NCBI RefSeq assembly: GCF_000009705.1
Contig: NC_003272.1
Span: 4,650,001-4,682,000, forward strand
Origin: Nostoc sp. PCC 7120 = FACHB-418
Lineage (GTDB): Bacteria > Cyanobacteriota > Cyanobacteriia > Cyanobacteriales > Nostocaceae
Length of the DNA: 32,000 nucleotides
Direction of reading: 5' to 3'
Below the pieces are notes generated by a model that made no database searches, was not told the DNA's origin, and was given only the letters and a program-made list of their open reading frames with translations. Below are positions 17,134 to 26,162 of this stretch, one piece after another (the stretch's first letter is position 1; every line of letters begins with the position of its first letter). The position numbers and the translations under genes are program-made.

Positions 17134-18498
17134 ATGGAAGCTTTAGACTTGAAATGGATACGTGGGCAGTTTCCGGCACTTACACAAAAAATTAACGGAC
17201 AACCAGCTATATTTTTTGATGGCCCTGGTGGAACACAAGTACCTGGGTCTGTTTTAGATGCTATCAGTGACTATTTAGTTAGGTCAAATGCTAATGCTCA
17301 CGGGGCTTTTGCTACGAGTGCGCGGACGGATGCTTTAATTATTGCAGCTAGGACGGCGATCGCTGATTTTTTGGGTTGCCACAGTGATGAGGTGGTTTTC
17401 GGCGCTAATATGACGACGCTCACCTTTACTTTAAGTCGCGCTATTGGACGAACGCTGCAACCGGGTGATGAAATTATTGTGACACGCCTTGACCATTCGG
17501 CTAATGTTTCTTCTTGGGAAGCGTTGGCAGAACAAGGTGCAGTGATTCGTTATGTCGATGTCAAAGTTGATGATTGCACTTTAGATATCAATGATTTGGA
17601 GCAACAAATCAATTCCCGTACCAAGTTAGTAGCCGTCTCTTATGCTTCCAACGCTGTGGGGACGATTAACGATATTGCCACTATCGTCAAACTAGCCCAT
17701 TCTGTAGGTGCATTGGTGTTTGTCGATGCAGTCCATTATGCTCCTCATGGGCCGATAAACGTTCATGCTTTGGGGTGTGATTTTCTCGCCTGTTCTGCAT
17801 ACAAATTCTTTGCCCCCCATGTTGGGATTTTGTATGGTAAGCGGGAACATCTTGCAAATCTGCAACCTTATAAAGTCAAACCAGCACCCAATGAAGTCCC
17901 ATCTCGTTGGGAAACTGGAACCCTAAATTATGAAGGATTGGCGGGTGTAGTCGCGGCGGTTAACTATTTGGCAAAATTAGGTTGTCATGTCTCCCCGACA
18001 GTTGACCAAGAGTTAGTTTCAGCATTGATTGAGGCTGATAAGGAAGGTTTGGAACACTTCCACTGTCCCCGATTTTTAACATCAGCAGAACAACCATCAC
18101 ATGAAATTGCCTCGGCTTATCACAGTCGTCGGGCGGCAATAGTTGCAGCCATGTCAGCGATTCAGCAATACGAAAGAGAATTGAGCTATAAGCTAATTTC
18201 CGGCTTGCTAGAAATTCCTGGCTTAACTTTATATGGCATTACAGATCCAGAACGCTTTGCTTGGCGGACACCAACAGTAGCAATTCGACTCCAGGGTAAA
18301 AGCCCAGAAAGCATTGCGAGGACATTAGGCGATCGCGGTATTTTCTCCTGGCATGGTAACTTTTATGCCTTGAATCTGACTGAGAAACTAGGTGTAGAAA
18401 GCAATGGCGGCTTATTGCGCCTGGGTTTAGTACACTACAATTCTGTGGAAGAGATTATACAATTACTCCAAGCTTTAAAAGAAATTGGGCTTGACTAA
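17134..18498 (+). CDS. Class-V aminotransferase, cysteine desulfurase-like protein
   Basis: The track ORF starts at a TTG (17041) inside the repeat. The plausible starts are ATG 17134, preceded by AAGGAG 6 nt upstream, or ATG 17104. The protein has the motifs LDLKWIRGQFPAL, FFDGPGGTQVP and the PLP-lysine context CSAYKFFAPHVG. Confidence 0.85.
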   Translation: MEALDLKWIRGQFPALTQKINGQPAIFFDGPGGTQVPGSVLDAISDYLVRSNANAHGAFATSARTDALIIAARTAIADFLGCHSDEVVFGANMTTLTFTLSRAIGRTLQPGDEIIVTRLDHSANVSSWEALAEQGAVIRYVDVKVDDCTLDINDLEQQINSRTKLVAVSYASNAVGTINDIATIVKLAHSVGALVFVDAVHYAPHGPINVHALGCDFLACSAYKFFAPHVGILYGKREHLANLQPYKVKPAPNEVPSRWETGTLNYEGLAGVVAAVNYLAKLGCHVSPTVDQELVSALIEADKEGLEHFHCPRFLTSAEQPSHEIASAYHSRRAAIVAAMSAIQQYERELSYKLISGLLEIPGLTLYGITDPERFAWRTPTVAIRLQGKSPESIARTLGDRGIFSWHGNFYALNLTEKLGVESNGGLLRLGLVHYNSVEEIIQLLQALKEIGLD

Positions 18499-18547
18499 AT
18501 CAAGACAATAGAAATATTGGTAAGGATCAGGTGGTGGGGTATTGACA

Positions 18548-18784
18548 CTAAATCCACGGGGCATTGTCTATCAAAGCATTTAACATCTGCTGGAATTTTT
18601 GGCGGAACACTACAGCTAATAAACCGCAGAATATTGTAGTTGCGGCCATCACCCACCAAAAGTGAGTGACTTGCCACAGGCCGCCGAACAGGGCAAAGAT
18701 GATTAGTCCAGCACCAGATCCCCCTGCAAACAGTAGAGCTGTTTCTTTAGCAGTTTGTTTGAAGATGCGTGGTTTTGATTCCAT
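18548..18784 (-). CDS. Small membrane protein (about 78 aa, two predicted TM helices)
   Basis: The track ORF 18548..18811 (TTG start) is trimmed to ATG 18784, which has AGGAGA 7 nt upstream. The hydrophobic segments are ALLFAGGSGAGLIIFALFGGLW and FWWVMAATTIFCGLLAVVF. No family is recognised. Confidence 0.45.
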   Translation of the reverse strand: MESKPRIFKQTAKETALLFAGGSGAGLIIFALFGGLWQVTHFWWVMAATTIFCGLLAVVFRQKFQQMLNALIDNAPWI

Positions 18785-18994
18785 AAGATTATCTCCTGCT
18801 CCCTTAAGCAATCTTTGCTTGATTGTAACAAGATGATGCTATTGATATGAATTGCTTGCAAGTCCTACAAGATATAGATCGGGTGTTATCTCAATCAGGG
18901 TTGCGGGTAGCACAACACATCAAAGGTAAGCGATCGCTTTTCAAAGGATATGGTTGAAAATTCTTATCCTCAAATCAGAACAAAGATTGAAATA

Positions 18995-19026
18995 CCCGAT
19001 TTTTGGGAAAAGTCGGGGATTTTTGA
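18995..19026. terminator. Bidirectional terminator-like hairpin just downstream of the pentapeptide::RidA ORF
   Basis: CCCGATTTTT-GGG-AAAAGTCGGG forms a 10-bp stem with one G-U pair. On the plus strand it is followed by GATTTTT. On the minus strand it starts 11 nt after the stop at 19028 and is followed by TATTTCAATCTTT. Confidence 0.55.
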
Positions 19027-19027
19027 A

Positions 19028-20158
19028 TTATCTTTCAGGAATCACAGCAATACACTCAATTTCCACCAAAACATCTTTTGGCAAGCGTGATACCTCTACA
19101 CAAGCACGAGCCGGCGCTGTGGCTTCCTCAAAATATTTGGCGTAAACTGCATTCACCGCAGCAAAATCATTCATATCCGCGAGGAATACAGTTGTTTTGA
19201 CCACATTAGAAAATTTAATCCCAGCAGCTTGTAAGATTGCTTGGATATTAGCGAATACTTGTTCAGTTTGCTTTTTTACATCATCAGTATAGACAACATC
19301 ACCTAATCGGGGATCGATCGCAATTTGTCCAGCTACGAATAGTAATTTACCAGAAGCGGCGATCGCTTGATTATAAGGCCCCACTGGTGCAGGTGCTTTA
19401 TCTGTACGAATAACTTGATGAGCCATAGATATCACTTTTTCTAACGATACTTCTTGTTTACCGATTTCTACCTCAATAGCGATCGGCTTATAAACTTCTC
19501 CATCAGGCATTATCGCACCAGTCAGGTCTGCATCTTCAAAGCTGGCTCCATATATATTCGCCCCACTTAAATTTGCCTTCCTTAAATTTGCACCATCCAG
19601 ATTTGCCTTGATTAAATTTGCATTTGCTAGATCAGCTCTTTCTAAATTTGCTCCTTGTAAATAGGCGTTTCTGAGATTCGCCTGACCTAAAAAAACCCTA
19701 ACTAAATCCGCCTCAGTTAAGTTTACCTCTGATAAATCACATCTCTCGAATGTGACTCCCCGAAGTTTAACTCTCTGAAGATTTGCACCATGAAAATTTA
19801 CTTGAATTAGCTTTATTGAAGTCAAGTTTGCTCCACACAAATCCGCTCCAACAAGATTTGCATCAATCAACTTTGCACCACTTAAGTATGCACCATTTAG
19901 GTCTGCCCAACTAAGATTGAGATAAGAACCCTCTATTCCACTCAAATTTGCATTGGTTAGAGATGCTCTACTGAGGTTTGTATTATTAAGTGTCGCATGA
20001 GTGAGGATTGCCTCACTTAAATCAGCCCCGTTCCAATTGGATTTAGATAGGTTTATCTCACTCAGATCTGTACCACTAAGGTCTATACCTTGGCGATTTC
20101 CGTTACAAAAATTTCGTTCTCCATTAGCGTATCTCTCCAAAATTTCCTCAGCATCCAT
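19028..20158 (-). CDS. Pentapeptide-repeat domain fused in frame to a RidA/YjgF-family (enamine/imine deaminase) domain
   Basis: This is a single 376-aa ORF. Residues 1-220 are A(D/N)LxX pentapeptide repeats with a typical start ([13 protein letters not shown]) and end ([13 protein letters not shown]). Residues 245-376 ([22 protein letters not shown]...VEIECIAV) form a full-length RidA domain with its own Met (ATG 19426). I re-read the linker codon by codon across 19427..19520 and found no stop. Confidence 0.8.
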   Translation of the reverse strand: MDAEEILERYANGERNFCNGNRQGIDLSGTDLSEINLSKSNWNGADLSEAILTHATLNNTNLSRASLTNANLSGIEGSYLNLSWADLNGAYLSGAKLIDANLVGADLCGANLTSIKLIQVNFHGANLQRVKLRGVTFERCDLSEVNLTEADLVRVFLGQANLRNAYLQGANLERADLANANLIKANLDGANLRKANLSGANIYGASFEDADLTGAIMPDGEVYKPIAIEVEIGKQEVSLEKVISMAHQVIRTDKAPAPVGPYNQAIAASGKLLFVAGQIAIDPRLGDVVYTDDVKKQTEQVFANIQAILQAAGIKFSNVVKTTVFLADMNDFAAVNAVYAKYFEEATAPARACVEVSRLPKDVLVEIECIAVIPER

Positions 20159-20257
20159 AAAGCATCTTTAAATACCACTTACCAAGTATAATCTAGTAAT
20201 TTTTGTCAAAGGTATTTTGCTCTTGTCTATGCTTCCATGCCTTTGTGATGTCCGTTC

Positions 20258-20695
20258 CTAACCCAATCTTGGACGAATCCCATAATGCCGATAACGCCAA
20301 TAATCCCGCAAAATGCTATCGTGGTCAAAACATAAATTACTAGGTACAAGCCAAGACTCAAAAACGCCTACACCTTTAGCATCGTCTCCAGCTTTCGGTT
20401 CTCCCGTTGCTGTCGCCAAAAATACAATACTAATCGTATGCTGACGCGGGTCACGGCTGGGATCTGAATACACTAACAACTGTTCAACTAACTCCACCTG
20501 TAAACCCGTTTCTTCTTCCGCTTCCCGTCGCGCCGCCACTTCCACCGCTTCCCCATAATCTACAAAACCCCCAGGAAGCGCCCAGCCCAAAGGTTGATTT
20601 AGTCGCTCAATTAATACTATCGGTCTATGTGGTCTGTCCACCAATTCAATGATGATATCAACCGTAGGTGTAGGATTTCTATAAGTCATTGTCAT
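20258..20695 (-). CDS. NUDIX hydrolase
   Basis: The Nudix box is [24 protein letters not shown] (GX5EX7REUXEEXGU). Confidence 0.9.
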   Translation of the reverse strand: MTMTYRNPTPTVDIIIELVDRPHRPIVLIERLNQPLGWALPGGFVDYGEAVEVAARREAEEETGLQVELVEQLLVYSDPSRDPRQHTISIVFLATATGEPKAGDDAKGVGVFESWLVPSNLCFDHDSILRDYWRYRHYGIRPRLG

Positions 20696-20801
20696 TAGTC
20701 AGTTGTCAATTGCCAATAATTTTTCCCTGCTTCCCCTGCTCACAACCACTCCCCACTCTTTCCTTTGAATTTTGAATTGTTTTCTCCCCTGCTCCCCTAT
20801 C
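20685..20801 (-). repeat. Composite repeat (heptamers plus C-rich/G-rich blocks) overlapping the NUDIX start codon
   Basis: The reverse complement reads GAGCAGGGGAAGCAGGGAAAAATTATTGGCAAT TGACAAC TGACTAA TGACAAT GAC. The last heptamers contain the ATG at 20695 and the next Met codon. A further C-rich block, CTCCCCTGCTCCCCTATC, lies at about 20784..20801. Confidence 0.8.
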
Positions 20802-20925
20802 TACCGATAGCTTTCCAAGGCGACGTTAGCATGATACATTCGATGCGATTGGCTACGTCCCACCGTAGGCGATGGCGTTCCGCCCAGCGTAGCTGATCGC
20901 TCCCTCCTGTATTTGAAGTATAAAT

Positions 20926-22434
20926 ATGCCTTTTATTAGATCAAGCGGTGTTCTACTGCATCCTACCTCGTGTCCTAGTCGATTTGGCATTGGGGATTTA
21001 GGTTTGGAAGCTTACAAATTTATTGATTTCCTGGAAAAGAGCTATCAACAATATTGGCAAGTCTTACCCTTAGGCCCGACTGGATATGGTAATTCTCCTT
21101 ATATGTCTTACTCAGCTTTGGCAGGAAATCATCTGCTGATTAGCCCAGAAAAATTACTAGATGAAGGTTTGCTATCTGACGAAGATTTTGCCCATCTCCC
21201 AAATTTTCCCAATGAAAAAGTAGATTTTGATCAGGTTGCACCAATCAAAATTCAACTCCTCAAAAAAGCTTGTGAGAATTTTAAGACTAAAGCATCACCC
21301 TTACAACAGAAAGGGTTTGCGGGGTTTTGTGAAACTAAAAGCTATTGGCTAGATGACTATGCCTTATTCATGGCGCTGAAGGATACTAAAGATAGCTCCA
21401 GTTGGCACACTTGGGAACCAGCACTAGCAAAGCGAGAACCAGACGCATTGGAGAAGGTTCAGCGTCAACTGACGGATGAGATTTTTTATTACAAGTTCAT
21501 TCAATATGAATTTTTCCGCCAGTGGTCAGAGTTGAAGAGTTACGCCAATATGCGGGGGATCGAAATTATCGGTGATATCCCGATTTATGTAGCCCATGAT
21601 AGTGCTGATGTCTGGGCGAATCCTGATATATTTTGCCTTGATGAAGAAACGGGGGAAGTTGCACTTATGGCGGGTGTCCCACCAGATTATTTTAGTGCTA
21701 CTGGTCAATTGTGGGGCAACCCGGTTTACAACTGGGAGGAGTTGCAAAAACAAGACTTTAAGTGGTGGGTACAACGTTTTGAGGCGATGCTCGATTACGT
21801 TGATGTGATTCGTATCGACCACTTCCGAGGCTTTGAAGCTTTCTGGACTGTACCCCAAGGTGAGGAAACAGCTATGAATGGTGAGTGGGTAACAGCACCA
21901 GGGGAAGAACTTTTTGATGCGATTAAGCAAAAACTAGGTAAATTACCTGTTTTGGCGGAAGATTTGGGAGTAATTACACCAGAAGTAGAAGCGCTACGAG
22001 ACAAGTACGAATTCCCAGGGATGAAGGTTTTGCAGTTTGCTTTTGGTTCTGACCCTGGAAATCCTTTTTTACCTTTCAACTACAGCCGTAATTTTGTAGT
22101 TTATACAGGGACTCACGATAATGACACAACTGTAGGTTGGTTTAACACAGCCAATGATTATGAGAAAAACAATCTGTTACTTTATTTAGGTTGTATTAGT
22201 CCTGAGGGTATCCACTGGGATTTAATTCGCTTGGCTTTGAGTTCTGTAGCGAATCAAGCCATTGTTCCTTTACAAGATATTTTAGGCTTGGGTAATGAGG
22301 CGCGAATGAATTTTCCTAGTATTGCTGAGGGAAATTGGGCGTGGCGCTATGATTTTGCCGTGTTAACAGATGAATTAAGCGATCGCTTAAAAATCCTCAC
22401 TAAACTCTATGGTCGCGCACCTCAAGGTAAATAG
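20926..22434 (+). CDS. malQ: 4-alpha-glucanotransferase (amylomaltase, GH77)
   Basis: The protein has the motifs RSSGVLLHPTS.PS.FGIGDLG, IRIDHFRGFEAFW, LAEDLGVITPEV and YTGTHDNDT. Confidence 0.95.
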   Translation: MPFIRSSGVLLHPTSCPSRFGIGDLGLEAYKFIDFLEKSYQQYWQVLPLGPTGYGNSPYMSYSALAGNHLLISPEKLLDEGLLSDEDFAHLPNFPNEKVDFDQVAPIKIQLLKKACENFKTKASPLQQKGFAGFCETKSYWLDDYALFMALKDTKDSSSWHTWEPALAKREPDALEKVQRQLTDEIFYYKFIQYEFFRQWSELKSYANMRGIEIIGDIPIYVAHDSADVWANPDIFCLDEETGEVALMAGVPPDYFSATGQLWGNPVYNWEELQKQDFKWWVQRFEAMLDYVDVIRIDHFRGFEAFWTVPQGEETAMNGEWVTAPGEELFDAIKQKLGKLPVLAEDLGVITPEVEALRDKYEFPGMKVLQFAFGSDPGNPFLPFNYSRNFVVYTGTHDNDTTVGWFNTANDYEKNNLLLYLGCISPEGIHWDLIRLALSSVANQAIVPLQDILGLGNEARMNFPSIAEGNWAWRYDFAVLTDELSDRLKILTKLYGRAPQGK

Positions 22435-22453
22435 GGAAACTAATTCCTAATTA

Positions 22454-22517
22454 GGGTTTGAGGGTGTAGAGGTGTAGATTGAATACCTACACCCCTATAC
22501 CCCCATACCCCTATATC
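22454..22517. repeat. Octamer-repeat inverted pair forming a long imperfect hairpin between the convergent malQ and RodZ-like genes (probable bidirectional terminator)
   Basis: GGGTTTGA GGGTGTAG AGGTGTAG - ATTGAATA - CCTACACC CCTATACC CCCATACC CCTATATC. By hand pairing, 15 of 18 positions pair, one of them G-U. Confidence 0.7.
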
Positions 22518-22521
22518 TCTT

Positions 22522-23322
22522 CTACAATCCAGGTTGAGCTGCAATTTTGATTTCTTCCTCTTCACCTAGTTCTCCCATTTTTTTGGCTGCTTGCTGATTG
22601 ACACTCATCAGCACACCACCAGCGTTATTGGTTTTTACCGTTAGTTGTTCTTGGGCTTTCCAAACTCGATGAGAACCTTCTGGTAATGTCCCTTCAAATT
22701 CTGTTTTACCGTCAGCTACTACGCGAATCCACGACGATGCTTTGAGAGTGACACCAATCTGTACTGATTGATGATTTTTCTCTCTACTGCTGCGATCGCT
22801 TACAGGTTCAGTTTTAATTAATTTCTGTTGGGAATCGGCTACTGTTTCCTTATTAATCTGTGGGGTATTTTCATTATCGGTTGCCCGCAGGGCAGCGTTA
22901 TTTAATAATTGCGACAAACCACTAACAGAGCAGACAATAACCAGTATGTAAAGTAAGTAAAGATGAATAGGCCGTAATAAACCCATTGATTTGGATTCGC
23001 CTACAAACTGAGGTTTCTTTTGCTCAGAAACAACAGGGAATTGGCTAGACAATTCCACACCATGAAAACCAAGTGCATCAGCAAATTGTCTAATCAAACC
23101 TTGAATATATATTGGTTCTGGTAAATCGTTGAGATTACCTTCTTCAATTGCTTGCAACAATCGCCGAGGAATTCTAGTGATGGCGACCATTTCCTCCAGA
23201 GATAAACCCTTTTCTTGTCGGGAAGCCCATAATTGAGCGCCCAATTCGGCTAGTTTTTCGGCTCTTTGTTGGTCTAACGAAAGTTGCGGTTGCTCATCTT
23301 GCTTTCTTCTTAGCCATTTCAT
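22522..23322 (-). CDS. RodZ-like protein (HTH domain, TM helix, DUF4115-type C-terminus)
   Basis: The N-terminal HTH region is GLSLEEMVAITRIPRRLLQAIEEGNLNDLPEPIYIQGLIRQFADALG. The TM helix is IHLYLLYILVIVCSVSGL. The C-terminus is WIRVVADGKTEFEGTLPEGSHRVWKAQEQLTVKTNNAGGV. Confidence 0.75.
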   Translation of the reverse strand: MKWLRRKQDEQPQLSLDQQRAEKLAELGAQLWASRQEKGLSLEEMVAITRIPRRLLQAIEEGNLNDLPEPIYIQGLIRQFADALGFHGVELSSQFPVVSEQKKPQFVGESKSMGLLRPIHLYLLYILVIVCSVSGLSQLLNNAALRATDNENTPQINKETVADSQQKLIKTEPVSDRSSREKNHQSVQIGVTLKASSWIRVVADGKTEFEGTLPEGSHRVWKAQEQLTVKTNNAGGVLMSVNQQAAKKMGELGEEEEIKIAAQPGL

Positions 23323-23370
23323 GACTTATCTAAACTCCTTACCTCAGCTGAATCTCTTAATAGGATTGAG

Positions 23371-23398
23371 TGTTAGTTGACAGTTGACAGTTGATAAC
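23371..23398 (+). repeat. STRR tandem heptamers (TGACAGT type)
   Basis: TGTTAGT TGACAGT TGACAGT TGATAAC lies between the pseudouridine synthase stop and the RodZ-like start. Confidence 0.8.
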
Positions 23399-23407
23399 TA
23401 AATATCT

Positions 23408-24196
23408 CTAGGGTTGGGGATTTTGAAAGTTGATTCGTTTCGTAGGAATATTTTTTACCTGTTCCTGCAAACTACGAATCTCGTCATCTCGAAGGATACG
23501 ATAATTTCCAGCACGCAATAACGGTTGTTTTGATGTTTGTAATTGAATTGAACCGATCGCCGTACGATGTAATTTAATTACTGGATATCCCAATTGTTCT
23601 GCTACACGGCGAATTTGACGATTGCGTCCCTCCTGCAAAACGATTTCTAAACGACTTTTTTCCGCAAGGCTTTCTAGCAAGCTTACCTTGGCTTTGCGGG
23701 TTTTTCTCCCATCTAACAGCACACCCTCCCGCCACATTTCTAGCACTGCTTTCGGGGGATGACCTTTCACTAAAACTTGATAAGTCTTGGGAATACTATG
23801 ACTTGGATGAGTCAGCCTAAATGTCAAATCTCCATCATTGGTCAGTATTAATGCTCCTGTAGAATCTGCGTCTAGGCGACCAACTGGGTGAAGACCCGGA
23901 CCCTTACGTAATTCCTCTGGCAGTAAATCTAACACAGTTTTTCTACCCTGTGGATCGTAGCAGGTAGAAACTACTCCGGTGGGTTTGTTTAATAATAAGT
24001 ACGTTAGACGGGGATGCCTCTGAGCCGATACTGACTTGCCATCAACTGTAATTATATCCTTTTCTGGGTTAACTTTTTGACCTAATTCAGCCAATGTGCC
24101 ATTTATCTGCACACGCGATCGCCGTATCATTTCTTCTGCCTCCCGACGAGAGGCGATACCCCATTGAGCAAGAACTTTTTGTAACCTAGCCTCCAT
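23408..24196 (-). CDS. rRNA pseudouridine synthase, RsuA/RluB family
   Basis: The track ORF starts at a TTG (24247) inside a dispersed repeat and is trimmed to ATG 24196. The S4 domain is RLQKVLAQWGIASRREAEEMIRRSRVQING. The catalytic motif is HPVGRLDADSTGALILTNDG. Confidence 0.9.
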   Translation of the reverse strand: MEARLQKVLAQWGIASRREAEEMIRRSRVQINGTLAELGQKVNPEKDIITVDGKSVSAQRHPRLTYLLLNKPTGVVSTCYDPQGRKTVLDLLPEELRKGPGLHPVGRLDADSTGALILTNDGDLTFRLTHPSHSIPKTYQVLVKGHPPKAVLEMWREGVLLDGRKTRKAKVSLLESLAEKSRLEIVLQEGRNRQIRRVAEQLGYPVIKLHRTAIGSIQLQTSKQPLLRAGNYRILRDDEIRSLQEQVKNIPTKRINFQNPQP

Positions 24197-24200
24197 ATTT

Positions 24201-24250
24201 GACAATTCAAAATACCCTACGGGAAACGCAAGCGCTACAAAATTCAAAAC
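24201..24250 (+). repeat. Small dispersed repeat, copy 2 (see 3011..3052)
   Basis: AATACCCTACGGGAAACGCAAGCGCTACAAAATTCAAAACAGC lies immediately upstream of the pseudouridine synthase start. Confidence 0.6.
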
Positions 24251-24471
24251 AGCTAGAGTTCGGGCAACAGTCCTTTACTCAACTGAGACTACCTGTTTCT
24301 GATTAGGGTCTTAAACCCTTGAATTTACGATAAATTACTGTTGATAATTTTAGAGCCTAAACATTAATCATAATCTTGGCGTTTTGTAGATATTAGCCAT
24401 AGATGTTACAGTTAAGGCTTATTTAAAGTTCGGTTAATTACCCAGCAAATACGCATTTATAGAGTTGTTAA

Positions 24472-25185
24472 ATGCCAGAGAATAATTCCCAAAAAAGAGG
24501 TTTAAACAAGATCCGCATTATTACGAACGTGTTGACCACAGCTTTAAAATTGTGGTTGCGATCGCAAGTTAGTCAAATCTCTGATCTGGAAGTAGAAATA
24601 AAAGCCAGCGATCGCCAACTTCTCTCCGGTTGCATTCCCTGGGTTTCTATATTTGCCAGTCATGCCATCTATCAAGACCTCCATATTACACAAATTAAAC
24701 TCGCAGCAGAGAATATTCAAATTAACATTGGTCAAGTACTCAAAGGTCAACCCCTGCAATTATTACAGGTAGTACCCGTAAGTGGTGAGTTAATCATAGA
24801 TGAGACAGATTTGAATACTTCCCTCTCATCTGGGCTATTATCGACTGCTTTAAATGATGTACTGGATAAACTTTTACCAGAATATTGGTCAAAATCCAAG
24901 CATATTCTTTGGCAAAAAATTATTCTGGATCATCAGCAAATCAAACTGAATGCTATCCTAACATCTGCAAGTGAACCTATACCCCTGGAAATTTGCTTAC
25001 ACTTAGAGTTACTCAGTGGGCAGGAATTGCAGTTATCACAAATCCGAGTTCAACAAAACCAAGTCACCCTATTAGAAGATAGTAATACCCACAATGTGGA
25101 TCTTGGATCAGATGTTGATATCCAAGAACTAAAGCTCACCCCTGGACAGTTAGTTTGTCGCGGACAAGTGAACGTTAATCCGTGA
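24472..25185 (+). CDS. DUF2993-like (LmeA-type) hypothetical protein
   Basis: This 237-aa protein has an N-terminal hydrophobic segment and a repeated-beta pattern (DLEVEIKASDRQLLSGCIPWVSIFASHAIYQDLHITQIKLAAENIQIN). From memory this resembles the DUF2993 family. It needs HMM confirmation. Confidence 0.6.
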   Translation: MPENNSQKRGLNKIRIITNVLTTALKLWLRSQVSQISDLEVEIKASDRQLLSGCIPWVSIFASHAIYQDLHITQIKLAAENIQINIGQVLKGQPLQLLQVVPVSGELIIDETDLNTSLSSGLLSTALNDVLDKLLPEYWSKSKHILWQKIILDHQQIKLNAILTSASEPIPLEICLHLELLSGQELQLSQIRVQQNQVTLLEDSNTHNVDLGSDVDIQELKLTPGQLVCRGQVNVNP

Positions 25186-25190
25186 TGATG

Positions 25191-25275
25191 GAGTGGGTAG
25201 GAGGTAGGGGAGCAGGGGGATCAGGGGAAGTAAAGAAGAATGACAACTGACCACTGACAACTGACTATTAACTAA
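25191..25275 (+). repeat. Composite repeat module (G-rich block, GGGGAAGTAA, TGACAAC heptamers)
   Basis: GGAGTGGGTAGGAGGTAGGGGAGCAGGGGGATCAGGGGAAGTAAAGAAGAA followed by TGACAAC TGACCAC TGACAAC TGACTAT TAACTAA. It overlaps the cdsA stop codon (25268..25270). Confidence 0.9.
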
Positions 25276-26152
25276 GTAATGGCAAAATGAGCGTGACGAA
25301 ATAGTAAACCAAAGGAGCTGTAAAGATATAACTATCTGTGCGATCTAAGATGCCACCATGACCGGGGATCAATTGTCCGGAGTCCTTCACACCAGCATCG
25401 CGCTTCAGCATTGACTCGGTGAGGTCGCCTAATAGACTAGCCAAGCCAATTAGTAAGCCTAAAATTGTGCCAGTCAAAAGAAATTGGGGTAAGTGAAGAT
25501 AGAAAGCACCAGCCAGGGCTACGGCTAGACTAGCACTGATACCAAAAACAGCACCTTCAACTGTTTTTTTCGGGCTGATATCAGACAGGCGGGTTTTGCC
25601 AAAGAATTTACCGATAGTATATGCACCGATGTCTGCTGCCCAGATGCACAGAAATGTCAGCACTGTAATTTTGAACCCTTGGGGTAGAGAGGCAAAATTT
25701 CTTTCTTCGAGAATATCTGTCAAACTTCCTGGCCAGTAGCCTCCTAAAGGTAAATTACTGATGGACGTGCTACCAATTGACCGTAACCGCACCCAATAAC
25801 TCGGCAAGTACCCTACATAAAATAGTCCCATAATCGATGCCGAAACATCGGCGATTGTGGCCATTTTCGGTTGAAATAGTAAATAAAAGCAAATAAATGT
25901 ACCTGCAATGGGCATGACAGCATCAACTAAATTGCTGTCCAAAGTACAAGTAACTAGTAAAACTTGACTAAGGAATAAAGTAGTTTTCGCGGCTGGCAAA
26001 ATGCCTCTAGTGCGAACTAAATCAAAATATTCCTGTTGTCCTAAGAAAACAACGATCGCCAGCATGATGGTAAAATACCAACCCCCCAACAGGACAGCAA
26101 CTAAAGCAAGGGCGATCGCAACAATTCCACTAATAATCCGAGACCAAGGCAT
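25268..26152 (-). CDS. cdsA: Phosphatidate cytidylyltransferase (CDP-diglyceride synthase)
   Basis: This is a multi-TM protein with the C-terminal signature SMLKRDAGVKDSGQLIPGHGGILDRTDS. Confidence 0.92.
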   Translation of the reverse strand: MPWSRIISGIVAIALALVAVLLGGWYFTIMLAIVVFLGQQEYFDLVRTRGILPAAKTTLFLSQVLLVTCTLDSNLVDAVMPIAGTFICFYLLFQPKMATIADVSASIMGLFYVGYLPSYWVRLRSIGSTSISNLPLGGYWPGSLTDILEERNFASLPQGFKITVLTFLCIWAADIGAYTIGKFFGKTRLSDISPKKTVEGAVFGISASLAVALAGAFYLHLPQFLLTGTILGLLIGLASLLGDLTESMLKRDAGVKDSGQLIPGHGGILDRTDSYIFTAPLVYYFVTLILPLLS

Positions 26153-26162
26153 AGAAGTATTC

